This document shows positions 55,665 to 64,000 of a stretch of 64,000 bases of DNA, piece after piece; positions within the stretch are counted from its first letter, which is position 1; each line of letters starts with the position of its first letter. The notes under the pieces were generated by a model. It searched no databases, had not been told where the DNA came from, and saw nothing but the letters and a program-made list of their open reading frames with translations. Where the stretch lies: positions 80,688 to 144,687 of IMG/VR virus record IMGVR_UViG_3300047510_001256. One strand, written 5' to 3'. The DNA comes from a virus. Both the position numbers and the translations under genes were made by a program.

Positions 55665-56312
55665 TTAGAGATTTGAAACAAATCTCTCAAACGCACGGAC
55701 AATGTTTTCTTCCAATGCGTGTTTTGCGGAGTTATCAATGCTGTTTTTGAGGGACGAAATTTGACGTTCTCTCAAGATTCCACCTTCCCATACCCACTCT
55801 TTTCCTTCCATAATTCCATTCACAAATGCGTCTGGAGCAGAGGGATCTGCTACAATATCAGCAGCAGTGGCGAGCATGAAATCATCACGAACATAGTTAG
55901 CACCATTCTTTTCTTCTAGAGATCCCATGCCTCTAGAAGACACTCCAAGTCTGACTCCTTCATCTAGGAGAGACTTAGCAATCTTACCCATAGGAGTATC
56001 AAGAATTCTTGCCTTGCCAATGAAGTTTGTTCCTTCTTTTTTAAGCGATGTAATCTTATGTGATACTCTATCCAGATTGACTGTAGGACCATCGGGATGA
56101 CCTAACTCACCGAGAGCACGACCAGAGACAACATACTCTTCATTGTAACGATTTACTTCCTTCTCAAGAATTCCTAACGGATAAACTCTTCCGTTACGAT
56201 TCTTAATCTCGGATTGTAAAAACACTCCTTCAATGTAGAGATTCTTTTTGCCGCCAGATTCTTCAACTAGAACCTGAACTGATTCAAAATTTCCCTCGGT
56301 GATTAGTTTCAT
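55665..56312 (-). CDS. gp21: Prohead protease (gp21)
   Basis: MKLITE, NRNGRVYP, GELGHP, GVSSRGMGS, DIVADPSAP. Confidence 0.97.
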   Translation of the reverse strand: MKLITEGNFESVQVLVEESGGKKNLYIEGVFLQSEIKNRNGRVYPLGILEKEVNRYNEEYVVSGRALGELGHPDGPTVNLDRVSHKITSLKKEGTNFIGKARILDTPMGKIAKSLLDEGVRLGVSSRGMGSLEEKNGANYVRDDFMLATAADIVADPSAPDAFVNGIMEGKEWVWEGGILRERQISSLKNSIDNSAKHALEENIVRAFERFVSNL

Positions 56313-56506
56313 TCTTCTTGTTCCTGTGCGGATGTTTTATCCATGATTTCATCATACATTGTGTTAGCAAGAATCTCTTTGTAAGCATCTAATACTTCTG
56401 AAGATCTTGCCATCATCACATCATTGATAAGATCAATTGCATTAGATCTATTACCAGAAGCAACCTGATCTACTGCCTTTGATATTGATTGTAAAGTTTC
56501 TGACAT
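56309..56506 (-). CDS. Small prohead core protein (gp67/68-like position)
   Basis: 65 aa between gp20 and gp21, with a late-type promoter. Confidence 0.6.
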   Translation of the reverse strand: MSETLQSISKAVDQVASGNRSNAIDLINDVMMARSSEVLDAYKEILANTMYDEIMDKTSAQEQEE

Positions 56507-56530
56507 AACTATATCAATTTACGATATTAT

Positions 56531-58237
56531 TTATTTAGACGAGGAAGAGGGTTTAGGTTTAGGTGCAGCCTTCATTTTTTGAAGTTCTCTTTGATGTTCA
56601 GCATCCGCAGCTTCTTGATCCCTCATCATTTGATCCTCAGCATTTTGAGCATCCATCTCTGGCGCAAATGCTTGGTTCTGACGATCCATCATGTCAAAGG
56701 TATTGACATCAGCAGGATCCATAATGAGACCCATACTAATTTCAGCATTCATTTGCTTATCAATTTCCTTATATTCTTTCTCACTTTGCATCAGAACCTT
56801 CTTACGGATCCACTCAATAGAAACATACTTACCAGCAAACATATCAAATTGAGTTGCGATTTGAATTCTTTGAAGATTTAATTCTGCTTCCTTAAGTTCA
56901 TTGAAGTGATTATCAAATAAGAAGTCATATTGAATATGCTCCTTCATGTCATCCCAATCTTCTGGGGTAATAACTTTTTTGAGAATCAGTTGAGTCTTCA
57001 GAACATCGTTGAAGATCTCTGTAAATCTTTTACGGAGACGACCGATGAATTTAGTAAACTTAAGTTCATCCCTGAGAACCTCTGTGGTCTTACCAAGATT
57101 AAACCCTTTGTTGTCATCAGTAAGGCGGGAAGGTGGTAGATTGAGTGAGTTGTAAAGTTTCTTTTTGAAATACTCAAGATCCTTGAGTTCACCAAGATTC
57201 TGACCGCCTGGTAATACAGAGATCTCAGTTCCTCTGCCGCCTTCACGACGAGGAAGCCAGAAGTCTTCAAGCATTGACATATGCTTTTTGTCATCACGAA
57301 TCTCTCCTGTGTTAGCATCATATACAAGTTTGTTGCGATAGCGAGCCATAACATCACGAAGATATTGCTCTGCTTTCACCTTAGGAAGATTACCTACATC
57401 AATGTAGAAGATTCTTCTTTCTGGTGCGCGTGATAAACGATAGATAACAATTGCGTCCTCAATCATTCTCAGTTGATTGTGAACTTTAATTGCTTTATGA
57501 AGGAAACTAAGAGTCATCTTTTTAGTCATATCTTGGAGTCCAGATCCGCAATATGTAATTGCGTCCGAAGCAATACGAACTCCTTGAGAAATTCCGTAAT
57601 CAGATATTCCGCTTACGGCAGGCATGTTCCCGCCAAATCCTCTGGGGTTATAAACATAATAATCAATATACTCCCCCCAATCATATTCTAATGCTGTGCC
57701 CTTTAAAGCATGTTCATCTGATGAATCTTTTCCAATCTTTTGTCTTACTTTCTTAATTTTAAGAGGATCAATCTGTCTCAGTTCTGTGATTCCCTTATTT
57801 GGATTAGCAAGATCAACTACTTTGTGATAATATAAACGACCATCAATATACCATTGACGAATAATATTATGTGCGTTTAAATCAAAATCTAACATTTTCA
57901 AGATGTAATCAAATTCATCTCTAATTTTATTTTTTAAATTAGCACCAACATTTAAATTTGATAATTCAATTTCTACCGGAGCATCATTGGCATCGGTAAC
58001 TAAAAATTCATTTACAATCTCATCCACGGCAGAGTCAATCTCTGGATGAAGAGCCATGGCACGATAACGCTTGATGAGTTCAAACTCATTTCTTGCATTA
58101 CCACCCTCCACATCAACATATGTGCCGAAGTATCCACCGGCAACTGTAGTAATATCTTCATTAGAAGTGGGCGGAACAGGAGATTGACCTACCTGATCCG
58201 CCCTTTTATTAATGAGAAATCCAAATAATTTACTCAT
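56531..58237 (-). CDS. gp20: Portal vertex protein (gp20)
   Basis: WYIDGR, RAPERRIFYIDVGNLPK, EDFWLPRREGGRGTEI, RDELKF. Confidence 0.98.
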   Translation of the reverse strand: MSKLFGFLINKRADQVGQSPVPPTSNEDITTVAGGYFGTYVDVEGGNARNEFELIKRYRAMALHPEIDSAVDEIVNEFLVTDANDAPVEIELSNLNVGANLKNKIRDEFDYILKMLDFDLNAHNIIRQWYIDGRLYYHKVVDLANPNKGITELRQIDPLKIKKVRQKIGKDSSDEHALKGTALEYDWGEYIDYYVYNPRGFGGNMPAVSGISDYGISQGVRIASDAITYCGSGLQDMTKKMTLSFLHKAIKVHNQLRMIEDAIVIYRLSRAPERRIFYIDVGNLPKVKAEQYLRDVMARYRNKLVYDANTGEIRDDKKHMSMLEDFWLPRREGGRGTEISVLPGGQNLGELKDLEYFKKKLYNSLNLPPSRLTDDNKGFNLGKTTEVLRDELKFTKFIGRLRKRFTEIFNDVLKTQLILKKVITPEDWDDMKEHIQYDFLFDNHFNELKEAELNLQRIQIATQFDMFAGKYVSIEWIRKKVLMQSEKEYKEIDKQMNAEISMGLIMDPADVNTFDMMDRQNQAFAPEMDAQNAEDQMMRDQEAADAEHQRELQKMKAAPKPKPSSSSK

Positions 58238-58266
58238 AACATAAGGTCTATAACTGTGCTATGACC

Positions 58267-58274
58267 TATTTATA
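58267..58274 (-). promoter_or_regulatory. T4-type late promoter TATAAATA
   Basis: Exact consensus upstream of gp20. Confidence 0.75.
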
Positions 58275-58285
58275 GACCTTAGTTA

Positions 58286-58924
58286 TTAGGTGGTTGTTCC
58301 GCTTGCTGTTGCAATTTGAGCACCAGTGTCAGGAATACTTCCACCTTGACCTCTTCCTTGTGTTGCTGTCCAGTAGGAATACTGGAATTCAACTGTAAAT
58401 TCTTCAATCTGATCATTGCTGTCATAAGCAAGATCAATCTGAGAAACTGAGGTTGGGAATGCATACTTCAGAAGATATGTTCTGATAGCATTAGAATTTG
58501 TATTGGCGCTATCTTCTGTAGTTTCAGCAGCTCTTTCAAGTTGAAGAACTTTAAGATCTACTGAATATCTACCATCAGATCCACCAAGGTTTGGAAGATC
58601 AGCACCATTAAGGTTGTGGTTGTTGATGCCATTAAGCCACATCTCAAACCATCCTCTGGTGTTCATGTCCTTATCATTAAAGAATGTTGCGGACCATGTA
58701 TCAAATGTTCTGTCTCCAGCAATTTTGATTGTTCTTCCACGGAAAGGAACTTCAATCACTCCAAGACTAGATCCTGGTAGAGCAGCAGACTTACAAAGTA
58801 AGTTTACTTGCTCGTTTGGTGTTGATCCAGGACCAACACCTGTTGGAAATGGAATTTCGACACGGAACATATTAGGCTTAACGCCTTGTCCGATCTTTCC
58901 AATAAAACTACTAATTGATGCCAT
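58286..58924 (-). CDS. gp19: Tail tube protein (gp19)
   Basis: LCKSAALPGS, VPFRGR..KIAGDRTF, IEEFTVEF.Y.YW. Confidence 0.96.
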   Translation of the reverse strand: MASISSFIGKIGQGVKPNMFRVEIPFPTGVGPGSTPNEQVNLLCKSAALPGSSLGVIEVPFRGRTIKIAGDRTFDTWSATFFNDKDMNTRGWFEMWLNGINNHNLNGADLPNLGGSDGRYSVDLKVLQLERAAETTEDSANTNSNAIRTYLLKYAFPTSVSQIDLAYDSNDQIEEFTVEFQYSYWTATQGRGQGGSIPDTGAQIATASGTTT

Positions 58925-58963
58925 TTTTGTTTACCTCTTATCTTTGTTGTTTGGGGTTAAATA

Positions 58964-61126
58964 TCAAACTCCTGTTACTTCACTGAATGTAACACCAGTT
59001 CTAGTAGCAGTTAATGTGATGGTAATGAAGTTAATTGAGCGTGTTGGTTGTAGATAGATGTCAGCAACAAACTCGTTACGATCAATAACAGATGGTGTGT
59101 TATTTGATTCGTCACAAACAACGAGGAAATCTGTAAGTCCTCTATCTGCTCTAATTTCAGCAAGATAAGAATTTACAGCACTAGAGAAACCAGATCTTGT
59201 GACGGTATCGTTCTGTTCAAACAGAACTCCCTGTGCAAGAGCATCAACTCGCCTCTCAATATTGAGGAATAGACGGCGAACGTTAATTCTATCAAATGCA
59301 GATGGTGAAGAAAGTGCTGTCTTATCTCCAAAGAGAGTAATACCGCTTCCACGGAGAGAAACGATTGGATTAATTCTTTCTGAGTAGAGGTCGTCTCTAT
59401 CAGATTGCGATGGATTGTATGCAATTTTAACAGCATTTCTAAGTGAACCTCTGTTTAAACCTGCTGGTGAATACCAGTCGGCAAGTTGTGCAGAGGTGGA
59501 TACACATAGTCCAGCAACATCTCCATTACATGGAATGTAACGATAGACATCATTGAAGCGATCATAGAGATACTTATAACCACTATCAAATACCGCATAG
59601 GATGTTGATTGGAATGAGGAGAAGAAACTTAGAATATTATCTTTGCAAGCAGATGCTGAAAGTGGCACATCTCCATTAGTTAATTGATCCCCTCTGTGTG
59701 AAGAGATGAAAGCGATACAATCTTTTCTTTCGGAAGCAATACTAATTGCAGTTGATGCCTTAGCTAATGTATTTGCTCGCGTAGTCTTTGAACCACCCAT
59801 CAGAACAAAGTCTAAATCAGTAGCGTCATAAGATCTGAAAATTTCCAGTGCGTCGTTTGGATAATCAAATCCATCATCATCTCCACCAGAGAGTGAGAAT
59901 GATTCATATCCAATGATTCCAAGAGCTCCAGGTGCAACATCATTTACATTATCATTTACACCATCGGTCCAATCTGCTCCGGAGTTAGTAACAATCGCAA
60001 ATGGATTGCTTCCTAGAACTACTGTTGACGAACCTTGATTTACTGAAGTTAAGTAATATGTATTCAATCCTTCAGGTGATTTACCACCCTGAAGCTTCGA
60101 CAGATACTGGAATGTTTCTAAAACAACTCCCGTAGATTTAGAGATAACAGCAACGTGAAACTCATCTCCACTAAATCCAAGATCAGCACCTTGAGCTGAA
60201 GTTCCTGGACGAGGACCAATCTGATTGAGTTTGATAGAAAAAGAACCAACTTGAATTGTTTCAGTTCTATACCAATCTGCTACTGATATAACTTCAATTA
60301 CGTCATTAATTACAGCTCCGATGGTTACTGTTACGTTTTCTGCTGGGGCTGCACCACCTAAAGATGTGCCTGGAACTACGATTGTATTTCCAACTGCATA
60401 TCCAGCACCACCAGTAACTGACGTTAATGTGACAGCACCGCCTTCTGTCAATGGACCTGCTCCATCAGCGTCAGCAACAACGAGAACAACTGATGCTCCT
60501 TTTACTGGATCAACGTATGTATAAGTTCCGGCAACTCTATCTGCATCTGCAGCAGCACCTGCCGTGATTGATCCACTAACAGCAACACCTGTATCGGGAA
60601 TATCAACTTCGTCTCCAGCAGCAATAGTATCACCAACAATGTATCCAGTGTTAGTAGGAGCATCGTAGTTATAAAGTTTTGCTGTCTTTCCGCCAACAAA
60701 GGTCAAAGTTGTTCCGTTAGTTGTAACTGCTGGATCAGCAGCTAGAACAATCTTTTGATCAAAACCTCTATCTACTGCAACTACCTGAAGATCGTTACCC
60801 CAAGATCCTGGAGATACTGCGGAAACCTCATTTCCTGCTCCAGAATCTGCAGTATCAACATCTGCAGAAACTGCTCTAGATACTACGAGGCGACCTCCAT
60901 AGTTGAGGAATTCTGAGGCAACAAACCAGTCCTCAGCATTAGCATCAACAGGACCACCAAATGTATCTACCAATTCTTTTTGGGAATTAATTGCTACTGG
61001 TGTTTCAACTGGACCCTTTTGGAAAGCAGCAGCGAAAGCTGCTCTAAGAGCCTGTGAATTTACGATAGTTGTATTAGTAAGATCGCGCTCCCTAATAACT
61101 ACTCCAGGCGAGACTTGACTGGCCAT
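58964..61126 (-). CDS. gp18: Tail sheath protein (gp18)
   Basis: SPGVVIRERDLT, WYSPAG.NRG, FGDKT, AFDRINVRRLF, P.RSINFI. Confidence 0.97.
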   Translation of the reverse strand: MASQVSPGVVIRERDLTNTTIVNSQALRAAFAAAFQKGPVETPVAINSQKELVDTFGGPVDANAEDWFVASEFLNYGGRLVVSRAVSADVDTADSGAGNEVSAVSPGSWGNDLQVVAVDRGFDQKIVLAADPAVTTNGTTLTFVGGKTAKLYNYDAPTNTGYIVGDTIAAGDEVDIPDTGVAVSGSITAGAAADADRVAGTYTYVDPVKGASVVLVVADADGAGPLTEGGAVTLTSVTGGAGYAVGNTIVVPGTSLGGAAPAENVTVTIGAVINDVIEVISVADWYRTETIQVGSFSIKLNQIGPRPGTSAQGADLGFSGDEFHVAVISKSTGVVLETFQYLSKLQGGKSPEGLNTYYLTSVNQGSSTVVLGSNPFAIVTNSGADWTDGVNDNVNDVAPGALGIIGYESFSLSGGDDDGFDYPNDALEIFRSYDATDLDFVLMGGSKTTRANTLAKASTAISIASERKDCIAFISSHRGDQLTNGDVPLSASACKDNILSFFSSFQSTSYAVFDSGYKYLYDRFNDVYRYIPCNGDVAGLCVSTSAQLADWYSPAGLNRGSLRNAVKIAYNPSQSDRDDLYSERINPIVSLRGSGITLFGDKTALSSPSAFDRINVRRLFLNIERRVDALAQGVLFEQNDTVTRSGFSSAVNSYLAEIRADRGLTDFLVVCDESNNTPSVIDRNEFVADIYLQPTRSINFITITLTATRTGVTFSEVTGV

Positions 61127-61175
61127 GTGATTCTCTCCGTGACATCCAAATGTAATCTAAAATTATTTATGAAAA

Positions 61176-62822
61176 TCAATAGTTCCACATGTATGAAACT
61201 TCTTCTTGAGATTGTCCATACCAAACTGACTCATCGCTTACAAAAGTCTCATCCCCAAGTCCGTCATCTATAAATCCAAATGGTGCCATATCCTGTTCTA
61301 TCTGATCTTTTTGATCCTCATAAATTCTTTTACGAATATCTTGATCAGTCATTTCTTTGAAATAATCTTGCATGACCAACCAGGCAAACAAGACCATACA
61401 CATCACTAAGTCATCATGATATCCTTCATCGGCTTCAAATGATTGTTTCTTCTGAATAAATGTTGTTAACTCAGATAAAATTTCATAGTCATTAAAAATT
61501 AATTTATCTTCCTCAATAATTGCCTTTAAATTAGAACATCCAATCTTCTTTACAGTCACACTCATCTTGACACCAAGTTGAGTCTTATTACCAGAAAATC
61601 CCTGACCAACTATCTGACCAGCACGACCACGCATCGCACACATCAACACATTGGGATATTCAAGATCGTAATTTAATGTGGAAGCAATACTATCACCAAT
61701 ATCATTTACCTCACATAAAATATAAGGCATATTATATTCTTTTGCTACCTGAAAAATTACACTGGGAAATAGAACTGGTTTGATTGTATTATTTCTATAC
61801 TTAGCAACGATACGATACGGTAATGTAGTAATATCATATACAATAAATGCTGAGTAGTCGCCACCAATACCTCTAGCAACGTCAACAGTTATAATATACT
61901 CATGATTTTCAATTGCCTTTTCATATACATCTAATCCAGCATTTGATTTAATTGGATCAACAAATGTAAGATTTTGAAGTTTGGATGCTGAAATTAAAGT
62001 ATCAACCGAACCCAGGAAGTTACATTCAAATTCTTGAGTAAACTGACGCTCTGATGTATTGGCAATTGTTATTCTTTTCCAATCAGCATCTCTTCCAGGA
62101 ACTTGAGACCAATGAACTTCATTAAAGACATATCCATTCTTTCCATTCACAGCATTCATCCACATCTTGTAGAAGTGGTTCATACCATAAGGAGTAGAGA
62201 TAATAATAACCTTTGTTGATTTACCAGATGTAATTGTAGGATATACAGAGGCAAAGAATTCTTCTGCGATGTGGTTTGGCACGAAAGCAAATTCGTCCAA
62301 AAAGAGTATGTTAAACGACATACCCCGGACAGCAGAAGCAGATGTAGAAGCGGCAAGGATTTTGGATCCATTTTCCAATTCCATAGAACCTTTGTTCCAA
62401 ACTGCCACACCTTGTTGCATCCACTTAGGTAAGTTCTCGTAACCTAATTGTAGACGACCTAACAGGTCTCTAGCAGTTGAAGCTTTGTTTGCCAGAATAC
62501 CAATGTTGACGTTATCATTAAAGATAGCGTAATACAACAGATAGGAAACCACAGTCGTTGATTTACCAGTCTGTCTAGGAAGTTTGGCAATGTTAAATCT
62601 GTTTTCATGGAAGTCACTAATCAGTTTCTCCTGAAAGTCCCACATTTCAAATGGGACAATACCTTCGTCAAGAGAAATGATCTTCATGTAGTTTCTTGCG
62701 AAATACACGGGATCCTGTTTACATCTTAAATATTCTTCTACTTGATCTTTGGTAAATTCAATTTCAACTCCAACCTTTTTAAGATTGGGATTACCAAGAT
62801 ATAATTCTTTATTACCGCTCAT
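61176..62822 (-). CDS. gp17: Terminase large subunit (gp17)
   Basis: YLGNPNLK, PRQTGKSTT, FLDEFAF, DVARG, HDDLVM. Confidence 0.97.
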   Translation of the reverse strand: MSGNKELYLGNPNLKKVGVEIEFTKDQVEEYLRCKQDPVYFARNYMKIISLDEGIVPFEMWDFQEKLISDFHENRFNIAKLPRQTGKSTTVVSYLLYYAIFNDNVNIGILANKASTARDLLGRLQLGYENLPKWMQQGVAVWNKGSMELENGSKILAASTSASAVRGMSFNILFLDEFAFVPNHIAEEFFASVYPTITSGKSTKVIIISTPYGMNHFYKMWMNAVNGKNGYVFNEVHWSQVPGRDADWKRITIANTSERQFTQEFECNFLGSVDTLISASKLQNLTFVDPIKSNAGLDVYEKAIENHEYIITVDVARGIGGDYSAFIVYDITTLPYRIVAKYRNNTIKPVLFPSVIFQVAKEYNMPYILCEVNDIGDSIASTLNYDLEYPNVLMCAMRGRAGQIVGQGFSGNKTQLGVKMSVTVKKIGCSNLKAIIEEDKLIFNDYEILSELTTFIQKKQSFEADEGYHDDLVMCMVLFAWLVMQDYFKEMTDQDIRKRIYEDQKDQIEQDMAPFGFIDDGLGDETFVSDESVWYGQSQEEVSYMWNY

Positions 62823-63048
62823 TATAATTCTTCAGTTCCTTATCATAATTATGTAGGGTCTCCATTCTTTCTTCCCATCCCCTACCATCTGTAGTTCCTT
62901 TAACTGGATTGATACATGTGTCATCTCCAAATCTGTCGCACACTAGAGATGCCAGTTCTGTATCGTTTCCTTTCTTATTAGTTCCTGTCCAATAGTGTTG
63001 CCCATCTATCCACTGAGCCCCACATTTAGGGCAGGTCTTTATGTCCAT
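62812..63048 (-). CDS. Small Cys-containing hypothetical protein
   Basis: CPKC...LVC...CINP; CTAAATA upstream. Confidence 0.65.
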   Translation of the reverse strand: MDIKTCPKCGAQWIDGQHYWTGTNKKGNDTELASLVCDRFGDDTCINPVKGTTDGRGWEERMETLHNYDKELKNYNER

Positions 63049-63128
63049 GTTTTTAGTCCAGAGGATACAATATTATATTTAGTTTGAGTGTATCCGTCCG
63101 TTACAATAGTTACTTAAGTTATGTAAAC

Positions 63129-64000
63129 TCAGTAGATCTCCCTCCATTGTAGAGAACAAGCAGCAACCGATGTATCATTAGTTGCTGTAGAAACAGTTTT
63201 AATAGCAACCACAAATACCTCTGAATTAGTGGAATCTAAATTTTGAGTAATTACATTTTTCTTTGCTGTTGTTATAGATCCATATGTTACGGGAGATAAT
63301 GAGTTTGGTGAAGAACCTGCTGGAATAATACCAACTGAAAAAATATCAAATGTTCCTGTAATTGTTTCAGCATTTATACAATATTCAACACCACTATTAT
63401 CATTAGCAGAAATCCAATTCAATGTGCCACCATTCAATGTTGTAGTCAATTGAGTAGCATTGGATAATTTAATTAATTCATAATAGCAATCACCGCTAGT
63501 AACGTAGATTCCTAAAGTATTTGGTCTTACTGAAATTCTATTTGGATAACCTTGAAAACTATTTTTTAAACGAATTGCCATTAAAGGAAATAAACTTCCT
63601 CCAGGAGATTTGGTTGTTCTTGTTGCTCCAGTAGCAGCAGCCCAATCAATACCATTTTCAATATATCCTCCTTCCGACATCACAGTAGAGCAGATCTGAT
63701 CCATAGACCCACCAGCAGTTGTGCCAGTATTTCTAATCTCACATCTCACTGGAAGATTTGGATTAGACATATAAACTTCTGTCAATTCATTTGAGCAGTA
63801 GTATTCGTGTGCTAAAACAATTACGCCATCATGAACGAATCCACAACGAATTCTACCAACGCCAAGCCATTGAAAGTCAATATAAATCAGTTGAGTTTTT
63901 GAAATATTGATATTAAACTTGGAAGGACCAGTGCCATCACATGGATCAATATTCCATTCTGATTGTGGCACTCTTCTCTTGTAGTTTCCTACTGTTGCTT
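63129..64000 (-). CDS. Virion structural protein, partial (5' end beyond the window)
   Basis: Frame is open to the window end. IDFQWLGVG...HEY..SN......SNPNLPVR resembles a segment of the 1277-aa protein. Confidence 0.7.
   Translation of the reverse strand, partial: ATVGNYKRRVPQSEWNIDPCDGTGPSKFNINISKTQLIYIDFQWLGVGRIRCGFVHDGVIVLAHEYYCSNELTEVYMSNPNLPVRCEIRNTGTTAGGSMDQICSTVMSEGGYIENGIDWAAATGATRTTKSPGGSLFPLMAIRLKNSFQGYPNRISVRPNTLGIYVTSGDCYYELIKLSNATQLTTTLNGGTLNWISANDNSGVEYCINAETITGTFDIFSVGIIPAGSSPNSLSPVTYGSITTAKKNVITQNLDSTNSEVFVVAIKTVSTATNDTSVAACSLQWREIY

Noticed and set aside
19166-62822. Inteins or group I introns in nrdA/nrdB, gp43, gp41, gp17 or gp20
   Set aside because: All are uninterrupted and of ordinary length, with no splice-junction motifs seen

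Overview
This 64 kb window is from a T4-like (Kyanoviridae-type) cyanobacterial myovirus, and almost all genes are on the minus strand. Reading right to left: a partial virion protein; the head/tail module (gp17, gp18, gp19, gp20, gp21, gp22, gp23, gp3); and recombination/replication genes (uvsY, uvsW, gp55, gp47, gp46, a vWA/metallopeptidase + CobS-like AAA+ pair, gp45, a DenV-like glycosylase, gp44, a Dam-like methylase, gp62, regA, hsp20, gp43, uvsX, gp41, mazG). Next come tRNA-Ser and a late-promoter block encoding a PD-(D/E)XK-like protein, a ligase-fold KxDG nucleotidyltransferase, a HIGH-family nucleotidyltransferase and several candidate internal head proteins. Further left are primase, nrdAB, a cell-wall/lysis block (C39-like peptidase, GH24 lysozyme, RlpA-like protein), a tRNA cluster enclosing a pseudoknotted manA-like RNA, talC, glutaredoxin/thioredoxin-like genes and three very large virion/tail-fibre proteins. 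Six tRNAs, many sigma70-type and T4 late promoters, and several terminators are visible. The best leads are the nuclease/ligase-like/nucleotidyltransferase module, the structured RNAs, and a phycobiliprotein-like KCxxD motif in a virion protein. All homology calls come from motif recognition by eye; no database search was run.
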